64,000 bases of DNA, taken from NCBI GenBank assembly GCA_040357565.1, contig JBDODJ010000023.1, one strand, 5' to 3'. The translations under genes were made by a program, and so were the position numbers. This stretch comes from Cercozoa sp. M6MM (taxonomy: Eukaryota; Protista; Endomyxa: Ascetosporea). This document shows, in pieces, positions 12,634 to 23,189 of the stretch. Under the pieces are notes generated by a model that was not told where the DNA came from, did no database searches, and saw nothing but the letters and a program-made list of their open reading frames with translations. Numbering within the stretch: the first letter of the stretch is position 1; each line of letters starts with the position of its first letter.

Positions 12634-13843
12634 TTAAAGGACGTCGCCCTGTCGACGCAATTCAGCGAGAGGGTCGCGCTGATCCTGCTCTTGTCGGAAT
12701 CCCTCCATCATTCGCGCCTGCTCCAGCAATGCACAATAAATAAAAACATAGCAAACACACAAAAAGCAGCAAACAACACCTGTCTCTGATGCGCTTCAAT
12801 CGTGAGTTCCATGGCGCCTTGGATTTCGTCATCATCCATGAACTCCATCAGATACTCGAGCATCTCCTCGCGCGGCAACTCACCTGCACATCGCGACACA
12901 TGCCGAGTATGTCAAAAAACAACATTGGGACGCACCTGTTGTTTCATAGTGATTCTTCATGCGCAAAAGTCGCTCGTCACCTGTAAAATGGGGCAACTAT
13001 AGCAATTTTGGAGAACGGCTTTCACCGCTCAAAACACGAAATTAGAGCGAGGAAAAACTCAAACTACCATCGAGCATATCGATCTTGCCTGAGGGGTTCA
13101 CAACACTCGTTTCGTCTGGGTTCTCCATAAAGTGTTGTCGTCGCACCTGCAGTTTCGGGGGCTTCTCTCAAAAACCAGTCAAAAAAAAAAAGAGAACGCT
13201 TTACGAGGTACTCGTGTTTCTTGAGCTGCTCCGGGTCCACGTCGGCTCGCTGGTTCCTCGTGTGCGACAGGTGCGCCTTGAAGCCCTCGTTGCCCAGCGT
13301 GAAATGGTCATCTGTAGCCATCGCCAGGAGTGCTTCCTCCTTCGTCTTCAACTCGCCGTCGTACGACTGAAACGATGTCGTGCCTGAGATTATAGCAACA
13401 TCAAATTAAACAGTAACAAAAGTTACAACACAAAATCACCTCGCTTGGCTTCCTCTTCCAGCTGGCGAAATTCGCTCTCCAGCACCGAAGCAGATGCCGT
13501 TGACTTTTCGAGAAAAACTCGGCGCTTTTCGGCACGATCAAACAATTCATCCACGGCAAACACATCCACTGGAAAATACGCAAAGCGATCACACAGTCCA
13601 ACACAGGAGAAACGGAAATATTAAGTACGGTCATGCGCGTGCGCGGCTAAAGCAGCATCAAACTCGGCACGAATCAACTCTCTGCAGTCATCAAAACCAT
13701 AAGAGACACACGAAGCACGGAGACAGCGTCCAATGCGAGTCGTACTGGTGCTTTTGGCGCTGTGCATGCGAGTCGAATCGGCGCACAGCGCGCAGAAGGC
13801 CGCGATAAGCTTTCAAAGTACGTTTAGCGAGACTATCTGACAT
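12634..13843 (-). CDS. LYR-motif-like protein with C-terminal extension (probably mitochondrial)
   Basis: MSDSLAKRTLKAYRGLLRAVRRF...ELIRAEF fits the LYR pattern. Later exons join to TAA at 12634. Confidence 0.5.
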
Positions 13844-14235
13844 CTAACACACCTGTGCGTACACTAGATAATCAATACAGTTTGTACAGCCCTTGAGCGC
13901 GCGGCCCTTTGAAAAAATAATACACTAACTGAAGCCGATGATACAATAGAAAAAGACATAGCTGCTAGTGGACATTTCAAGCGATTTTAATCAATAATTT
14001 AGCGCGATGATGGAAGGCATCCTCAGGCGCGCGCATCCATCCGGTAGGGCGGATTCGATCATGACGTTGTCAGCAAACGCCCCGATGGTCGCACGGTGCG
14101 CGCCATGGAGGACACAATATAATAGTTACAGTGAGCAGAGGCCGATCGGACGGACGGACGGACGGCGGACTCACACGACGACGTGACGTGACGTATCGAC
14201 AGGAAGGAAGGCAGGTCAGCCAACCGACCTGGGGG

Positions 14236-16496
14236 CTATCTGTTGCCCGAGTTGCTGTTCGGCGGCGTGACTTTGCCTGCAACACCCATCAATCAATCCA
14301 ACTTAGCAACCCCCCCCCCCCGTTAGCAGAAGGAGTAAGAGTGCCGTACCCTGTAACGACTGCAGCAAGGCCGTGCACACCTCCGATTTTCGGAAGCGCG
14401 GGAACAGGTCGTGCTGCATGATCTGCACCACCTCTGAGAAGGCCGGCTCGAACGCATTGTCGTGCATCAGTCGCGCCGTCAGCGCACTATTTCGCCGCGA
14501 TCGAATCGGCGACACCGAAGGACTGTACACAGATACCAGTGTGTTACGTTACGTTACATACACCTAAAACTCATAGAGGCATATGCAAGCATGATACCTG
14601 GCCACCATGTCCGTGCTACTGAATGTGAAGGAGCCCTCCGATTCCGGTGTCGAACTGTGCATATCAGTCCCATATCACATATATACATATACACAGAAAG
14701 AACAATATACACAGGCGACGGGCTGTCCTGGAAGCGTCGGATCAGCACCTCGCGCGACGCGTGCGAGATATTGATCGGCCTGTCCACCCAAACCATTAGC
14801 ATCCTGCAAGGAGGCCAAAACATACGAGCGCGCGTCGTGCGGAATGTAGTCATCAAAGATGCGCCACGCCTCTTCGACACGACGTCGCACCTCCTGTTGT
14901 CCCATCACACCATATCCCTCTCTATCTGGACAGTACTGCTTTCCCAGCTACGAGCACTACCTTCACTGCACTCCAGCGTGTCACGTCGCGGTAGAACATG
15001 AGATTCTCCGATGCCAGTTCACGTGCCATGAACTGTGCCACCCCGAAAAGTTATAACTCAAGCACCTCCTTTCTACTCCAATGACACAAAACTGCCAACA
15101 CACCAACTGGAAGTACGACAGGCAGCGTGCGTCTTGCAGGAAGTCGAAGAAGTGGTCGTCGCGCAGCAAATTCTCTGTCTCCGACGGCGGCACTTCGCTG
15201 TCCATCTGCAAGCACCGGCACCAGTAGTTACACGCATAACAGAGACCTCTACGATAAGAAACACGATAAGAAAGGTCAGGCTACCGACAGACTCGACAGC
15301 GTCGACGCGAGCGACACGCGGCGCGTCGACAACGACGACGGTCCTTCCTGCAGGCATATATACACCGATACACCGATAGTAGGACCACTCACAAAACCCT
15401 CGCCTACCGAGGCCGGGTCGTCCGACGTGTGCAGCGACACACTCAGCGCGCCCGAGCTCTTGCGCGACCGCGATCGGTACGACAACTCCGTGCTTGCCGA
15501 GTGTCGCAGCGCTCTCGTTTTGGTCGAAGGCGACACGTTTCGTCTGCGTACGAGATACGCACCACAGTCACCCGAGATAGATAGTAAGCTACAAACAAAG
15601 GACGGTAGAACAAGCTCTACGCTTTTCTGCGAAGCAGTCGGCGGCGGAATTTCTTTTCGTGCTTCATTTGCTCCTCGGCCATCAAGCAACCGCAAATGTT
15701 AAGCACTTCCTTCCTGCAGGCACATTATACACAATGTTATTTGCAGATATCATATTGGTGGTACATTTAGACACAGATATCGTACAGTGAGAAGGCGATA
15801 CGCGGCGTGAACTGATGCGGCACCGTCACTTTGAGTGCATCGCACAGCGCCTGCACAAAAAGACACCAGTACACACAACCCCAACACAAGAGGCACAGAT
15901 ATAAGAGCCCACATCGGTGAGGTGCGCGTAGGCAGCCACAGGCAGGTCAATGTTGGCGTGCAGGCGACCGACCTCCTTGACACGTGCGTCCAGGTGCTCC
16001 AGATCAGCGAGATTCTGCACGAACGACGACAGCATGTGAATTAGTCGACTCTGTGCAGTACAAGACACACATAACTTACACAGCCTACTTTCTAAAAGAA
16101 CGAAAGAATGAAACGTGCGAAAAGCCTACCATCTGCGCTTCAGCGCGCTGGCGGTTCGAGCTGCCGTCGGTGCCAAACACCGACAGATACTCGGGGTGCG
16201 CCGAGAACAGTCCATTGTACAACTCGAGCGCGATTTCCTGTCCGCATAGATACAATCCACGGCCACGCACACAAGAGCACGAGGAAACACAGGGTACCGA
16301 GCGTTTCTCCTCGACCACGTCAAACCAAAAGGTCTGAACGACCTGTACGATCGTATACTTGTCGCCCTAACAGCAGAACCGGCTTGGCCCGTTTACAACA
16401 ACAGCCCAAATCTAAAAGGATACAAAATACCTCATCAGTTATCACATGCGTGCCCGCAAGCTTATCCGCAAGCCCGGTGCTCTGCTTATTGCCCAT
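14236..16496 (-). CDS. Predicted N-myristoylated globin-RGS fusion protein
   Basis: Starts MGNKQS. Globin: VQTFW, ELYNGLFSAHPEYLSVF, AEAQMSRL, VKEVGRLH, FTPRIAFSLKEVL. RGS: YFQLFMARELASENLMFY, AWRIFDDYI, PINISHASR, AFEPAFSEVVQIMQHDLFPRFRKS. Joined through GT-AG introns. Confidence 0.85.
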
Positions 16497-17325
16497 GTTG
16501 CCTGGGACAAATAAATTACTTGTATTTCAACCAAAAATCCCAATGAGTCACCAAAAAAACAACAACCACGCAAACCACGAACATGCATCTAAACTATCAT
16601 TGGGACACACAATCACTACGCAAACAATGCACTCACGCCATGCCACACGCGCACGGCTCTGTTCTAGTCGCTGAAACTCACCGAGGCGCAAAGGATCCAC
16701 GCTATTTCGCGTCGAATTTCCCGGACAAGCCTTGTCTGTAGTCCTATTAATACGTTGTGGTAAGTCTTGAATCGCTGTAAAGTCGTTCCACAACAACGCG
16801 CTGACCTGCCCGTTCAGATCGCACAACAGCCGGGCACTGGAGATGAGATCTCAATCAGTGGTCAGCTCGTCTCCCAGCACGGAGGCGTTTAACCCATGCA
16901 TCCCTATCCTTGGAAGTCAGGCAAGCGTTTTACACTGCCCAAAGTCTCGTCAGGTGCCAAGTTCACATCAGCCTACTAGTGGTCCACCGCACACCGTTTT
17001 GTTTGGAGCCTGCCTCCGTTGGTGGTTTGGCGCCGTGATCTCACACAACGACGAACAGTTCTGGAGACCGAGGAGTGTCGAGAGCATAAAACTCCCTGCG
17101 TTAGAAATGCTTCTCCCGTCCCGCGACGTTTAACCCGTAGCTGGTACCCATTAGCTGGTACCCATTAACAGTGACACTCCGAATGGAGTACATTGAGCGA
17201 GCCAGGCCCACTGTAGGTCCAGCTGCACTATTTGCAGCAACCACACGCTTCGAGTGATTGTAACAGGGTAGGAATTTGGTGGTAACTACTCAAATCAGTT
17301 TTTCGGGGTTGGGAGTTCACGTCAA

Positions 17326-19788
17326 TTAGATGATGCCAGCCAACATGAGGATCTCAAGTTTCTTGGCCATGGCAGGCTGCCGCATGGCGCGCATCATGGC
17401 CGACTGGTCCTGACTCTGGAGCACCTCGCGCACCGCCGGGTCCGTCAGTAGCATGCGCACCGGGGGGGGGGGGGGTAAAGAGTAATGGGGCTAGGGCTAG
17501 GAACAGGTATAGGTACCTTAGGATGCTGAGCAGCAGCCTCACGCTCCTGGTCGGTGATCTTGCCTTCGGCACGTCGCTGCTGCGCCGTCATGAGCGTCTT
17601 GCTTCGGTCCTCGAGCAGCTCACGGTTCTGCGGCTCGACTTGGAGGCCCTGAGAGTACATGCAGTAGGCGAGGAAGACAAAAGCCGGGGATGGGGGGGGG
17701 GGGGTATACCTTGTCGTAGCACTCGACCGCATCAATGAGCATGTTGAGGAAGTGGAGGATGCGACCCTTGCGAATGTAGGCCTTGACCCAGGTCGGCTCA
17801 AGCTTGATGGCCTCGTCGCAATCGTCCATGGCCTTGCCCCAGTCCATCACCTTGGAGTAGGCCGCCGCACGGTTCGTGTACCTAGGTACACAAAAATACC
17901 AGACACGTGTTTATAAAAGAGATAAATAGGAGAGGTACAGCTTGTGGTTCTTGGGGTCGCGCTTGATGGCCTCCGAGTACCTATGGTATAGAATACAGTA
18001 CAAGTTAAGGGTAGGGTAGGAAGGGGTATGAGGCATGATAGTACTGCTCAATTGCGGCCGGGTACTTGCCATCCAACATGAGTTTGTTGCCCTGCTTCTT
18101 GTGTTCCTCTGCCTTGGCAGGATCCAGGTAGGCCTCGGCCTGCTTCTGTCGCAGCTGACGCTTCAGTTTGAGCGTCTGTCGCGTCAGTTTCTCGTCCTTG
18201 TGCTCCAGGTAGCTGCGCTCGTACAACTCCAGGGCACCTTCAAAGTCGCCGCGCAACTCAGCGATCTTGGCACGCCGGGCCTGCGGGGTAAGGGGTAAAG
18301 ATATAGATGCAGGGGGTAAAGGGATAGGTGCAGGTAAGGGGTACAAGAGCACGGCCAAGGTCCTTGGGTTCCACAGCAACACCAGCTTCACGCAGCTTCT
18401 CAATCACGTCGAGGCAGGCCTCGTCGGCCTCGTCGAGACGACCCATCTGCACCAGCACTGCGGCACGGTTGTTGATGTACACGGCGTTCTGCGGCTCCAG
18501 CTCATGTGCCTACACGTTTACGTACCTCCCAGTTTACCCCCCCCCCCCTTCTACCCACTTCCCCGTACCAGCGTGTACTGCTTGAGCGCCTCGTCGAAGC
18601 GACGCTTGCGGTAGTACTCGGTGCCCTTCAACTTGGCCTGCTCGGCTTCGCTCGGCTCAGCTTCTGGCTCCGGCTCAGCTTGCTTGGGCTCAGCAGCCGG
18701 CTTCTCCGGCTCAGTAGCCGTGGTTTCTGCCGGCTGCGGCTGCTGCTGCTGGAAGTTGTGCAACTGCGCCTGCAGTACGGCACCGAAGAGTTCCTGCATG
18801 TCGGGATCGTTGCCGACCTGGCTCGGACTAGGGGAAATGGGGGGTAAGGGTAAGATGCAAGGGATAGAGGGGGGGAAAAAAGAGAGGTCAGAATACAGCT
18901 GGCTAGGCGACTGCACGAGCGCGTCGATTTTGTTCTTGTACTCGGCATCGCTGCTGTAACGCGATGCCATCACCGGGTTCGACATGACGGCACCCATGAT
19001 GGCCTCCGGCGTCATGAACTGCGCCAGTGGGTCCTTACCTACCACAATGAGATAAGGGGGGTAAACGGGGGGAGGGGTAAAGCTCATACCAGCCTGGCCG
19101 AAAACATTGCGCATTTCGCGCTCGCAAGCAGCCAGACCTTCCGTCAGTGCCTACACACAGTCAGGGGGTAGAGTCAGGGGTAAAGAGCGGGGCAAAGGGA
19201 GGGCTCAACTCACGCGATCGCCGGGAGCGACCTGGAGACCGGCCTCGTAGACATCGGCAGCAGCACCGAAATCGCCCTTGCGGAAGAGAGCGAGACCCTA
19301 AGTCAATATCACAAAAGTCAAGGGTGCTTCAGACTGTTTAACGTAAGGCAAAGGGGCAAACAAAGTTGGTTTAGGGGCCGAAGGAGAAACGGTACCTTGC
19401 GCGAGTAGCCCTTGGCCCAGTCCTGCTTGAGCTCGATGCACTTGTCAGCATCGGCAATCGCCTCATCGAGCTTGCTGTGAAGGTATTAAGGAAGTAAACG
19501 GGAGCGCGGGGGGGGGGGTAAAAGGCCGCAACAAAGGGAAATATGGTAGGTCAAAAGAAGGGAAAGCAAAAGCACCCCATCTCAGTAAGACAGGCGCATC
19601 GGTTCGAATAGAACGCGTGGTTCGTCGGCTCGAGTTTGATGGCTTCGCCGAACGCTTTCACAGCGGCCTCCCAGTCCCTGTTCAAGTTTCACAAGTCTGC
19701 TCCAACCCAACACGAACAAAACAAAGGATGCAGCTCACTTCTGCTTGAAGGCGGCGACGCCGGCAGCCTTGAATTCCGCAGCAGACAT
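17326..19788 (-). CDS. STI1: Hsp70/Hsp90 organising protein (TPR1-DP1-TPR2A-TPR2B-DP2)
   Basis: MSAAEFKAAG...AFYSNR; WAKGYSR; AYLDPAKAEEHKKQGN; C-terminal KKLEILMLAGII. Confidence 0.95.
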
Positions 19789-19995
19789 GTTCGTTTTTCG
19801 ATTTTGCACTTGCAAGTCGGATGCCCGAAAACTAAGCGCGAGTGTCTGGCACAAAACCTGACACGTGCTTAAACTACAAGAGCACACTCAGTACACTTAA
19901 GCTCGTCTTGGCTTTTCGGAATCATTTCGAAAATTCTCAAGCTCGCTGATCGAACCTTTCAAGGTTCGTAAGGCACTTGATCGGACTTGAGATAT

Positions 19996-20848
19996 GCCGC
20001 GGGTGCTTTTACAGGCCACACTCGTTGCTTTTGTATGTTGATGCTTTTGGGAATATTGTGGAGTGCATTTGTGCTGTTGTTTAGAATGATGAAGACCTGA
20101 TCTCGCGGTTTGCAGCTTATGTAACGAATGTGCCGGTACTTGGGAACAGCTGTTCTCACCAACAAAGATGTTACAGATGTGAGGCAGTATCTACTGGCTG
20201 CTGGCCTGCTGGGTGCAGTTTTAGCGACTCGGAGCAAACACGGTTTGTTGGAGTACAATTGTACAGTTGTTCACACGATACTGTGTTGTTTCAACAGGAA
20301 TGGCCATGGGCATTGTGCTGCTGTTCAATTCGGTTGTCAGCGCCACGCTGAAGCGCGTTTTGCACGGCGAAATCACGCGCCGTCCGGATGACAGTTTTCT
20401 GGATGGTACTTTTTAAATATCATGAATTTACGGACTTTTTTGGAACCTGACCGTCCAGGCAAAGGCATGCCGTCGCACCATGCAATGTTCGTACTGTGTT
20501 TCTCGGTTTTATTGTTCCGAGTGTATCGAAATTGGCTCGCGCGATTGCTGTCGTTGGCGGTGTCGTTTCTGGTCTGCTGGTCGCGCGTATACCTTGGTAC
20601 GAGTTCCCTTCATCTGACATGAGTTTTTATGTGTTGTCGATACAGGAGTGCACACGACCCCGCAAGTGGCTGCAGGTATGCTGTTGGGTGCCTTCGTGGG
20701 TGCCGTGTTCCCTTTGGATCGGCTGCCCCTGTGCCAACTCCATGCACTTGCCGAGCGGCTGTTGCAACAATCACCGTCGAATTCGGCGAGTGAATCGGAT
20801 GAACAGAAAGTTCGGATGACTAACACATTCCACACCAAGTCGCTTTAG
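19996..20848 (+). CDS. PAP2-family lipid phosphatase (dolichyl-diphosphatase-like); 5' end uncertain
   Basis: Motifs LKR...RP, GMPSHH and SRVYLG-VHTTPQV, plus transmembrane segments. I could not identify the start codon. Confidence 0.8.
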
Positions 20849-20995
20849 CTTTAGCGCTGTTTTTTGAAGAAACAAAGTTACTGTTCAAAATAACGTGCTG
20901 TTGATAAATATTCCCTGCAGCCGATGGGCTCAAGTTCCCACCCAAGTCGACTTTAGACCGCCAGCCTGCTCCGTTGTCATCTGTTTAGAGCCTGG

Positions 20996-21659
20996 ATGCT
21001 GTTGCGAAGTTTCCGGCAGAGTAGGTTTGGTCTACGGTGCGCGGCTCGAGTGATCGTTGAGGGCGGTGTCAAACTCGATGAGACGGCCGTGTCAACACGT
21101 GCGATGCGGAGCAGTGGTCCTGGCGGACAACACGTAAACACCACAAACAGTAAAGTCGAAGCGCGTTTCAACTTGTACGCGGCGTGGTGGCTGCCAGAGA
21201 AACTTCGCGAACGGTTTCTGGCAATCCATTCGAACCGGTGTGCTCAACTTGACTTGACTCTTGTATATCCCGCACGGTTTTAGTTGTTGACACAGTGCTT
21301 TATTTTCTTGTCTGTTATGTGGGCTTCGCTGCGTAACAGCCTTAAGTTTTTGTTGTTGACAGAATCACAAGCGAAGGCGACGTAATCGTGCGATGCCAAG
21401 ACTCGCGGTCGCAGGAGCAGAACCGCAAACTCGCGCTCAAGCGTCTGCAGCAGCTCCTTGACGAAGCCAACGAACTTCCGCCTGAGCGAATCGAAACCGC
21501 GCCGCCTGCCTACGCCAAGTATGTTTTTCGCTTTGTGTGTAGCGTTTTGTATCTCTATGATTGTCTGTTTTTACCAGAGAAAGGCGACTCAAGGACAAGC
21601 GGAAACGAAGTGATGTAAAATCGGCGCGGAAGGGCAAAGGAGGACGACTCATGCTTTAA
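20996..21659 (+). CDS. ICT1: Mitochondrial peptidyl-tRNA hydrolase, ICT1/ArfB-like
   Basis: Presequence, RSSGPGGQHVN, DSRSQEQNR and a basic tail RRLKDKRKRSDVK. Confidence 0.9.
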
Positions 21660-21730
21660 CGTAGCGTACCCGTACAGTAATTAAATTGAATTCAAACTAA
21701 CCGGGCGATGTCCAGTTCACGGCAGTTCAG

Positions 21731-23013
21731 TTAGTTCATGCACCAGCCGTGCGAAACCACAAAGCTCTGCATATGAACAGTACTTATCACATGTCACAAA
21801 ACCCAAGGCAGTCAGTAAATAAATAGCTTCGGATGCTACCTGTCCAGTGAGAGAGTTGTTGGGGTGCGAAGCAACAAAGAGACAGGTCTCGGCAATGTCT
21901 TCCGGCGTCGTAAACTCGCCATCCTGTACAAGCATTAGCAGCAGATAAAGTTGGATCAGATATGAAAATGTACCACCGTGTCACGAAGCATGACATTCTT
22001 GACGACTTCCTCCTGCGCAAAAGAGATCAAGAAGAAGCAAGTCAAACCACAGTAGAGGCACCTCGGAAATGCCAAGACGCTCGGCCTGCTCGGGAATCTG
22101 CTTGAGCACCAGTTCGGTCTTGACAAAGCCGGGGCACACCAGGTTGGCACTGATGCCGTGCGGGCCGAGCTCCTTCGACAAAGCGCGCACACTGTTTCAA
22201 ACACATGCTTTCGAGACTGTGAACCATGCAAGCAGTTCAAAGCACGACTTACAGACCGAGCTGTCCGTGCTTGGCCGTGACGTAAGGCGCCTTGAGCACC
22301 GACGCAAGCTTTGAGTGCACACTACCCATCACGAGAAGCTTGCCTTGCCTCTCTTTGGCCAACATGTCCTTGGTGCACTCTCGAGCGAACAGAAAGGCGC
22401 CGTCGAGGTGCACGTTCATCATTCGTCGCCAGTCCTTCAGTTCCAGGTCCACAAACGGACTGATGTGCTGAATGCCAGCTGTTTTACAGGCGTGAACGTG
22501 AAAACAAAGTCACAGGGTTTTTATAGAATACGCACCGTTTGCGACCAGAACATCAACGCCATCGAACTCTTCAGACACCTTGCGCACCGTCTCAGTCACC
22601 TACAAGTCAAAAAAAAAACGGACGAATCACACATTATTCTTAGCGAACTAATATCTCACCTGCTGCTCGTCGGACACGTCACACTGCAGCGCAATGCCGT
22701 TGATCTCATGTGCAACCTTCTGTGCAGCCTCCAAGTTCATATCGATCACCGCCACTTTGCCTGTCACGTATTTCGGTATTTTAACTCTCACTCTGTCCAC
22801 GCGGAGAAAGAGAAACTCACCTCCCTCTTGAGCAAAGCGACGCGCGACGGCTTCGCCGATTCCGGCGCCCGCGCCAGTCACGATGCATGTCTTGTCCTGC
22901 CGGCATCGCATTTATTCTGTCCGATGATATCATCCACAGCAAATCGGAGACATTACCTGCAGACGCAGCGAAAAGAAACGCCTGCCAGACAGTGATGCCA
23001 AACGATGCAACAT
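21731..23013 (-). CDS. D-3-hydroxybutyrate dehydrogenase (bacterial-type SDR) with mitochondrial presequence
   Basis: MLHRLASLSGRRFF; TGAGAGIG; GSVHSKLASVLKAPYVTAKHG; CPGFVKTELVLKQIPEQA; TGQSFVVSHGW. Confidence 0.85.
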
Positions 23014-23189
23014 ATTTCTGTGAACACGTGAACTATCTTTGTCTGTTCACAGCAAACAAAGTTAAACAATAAATTCAAAAATTAAAAGAACATCGGCTGG
23101 ACCGTACAAACCGACTGCCGAGCACCCAGAGCATTCAATCCGCTGAAAGTCAATCTGCCGATCGCGAACGGGGAGTGTTCTGTACAGCA

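Noticed and set aside
16548-17133. Short ORFs between the globin-RGS gene and STI1 as an extra gene or retroelement fragment
   Set aside because: No recognisable motifs, codon bias or element termini.
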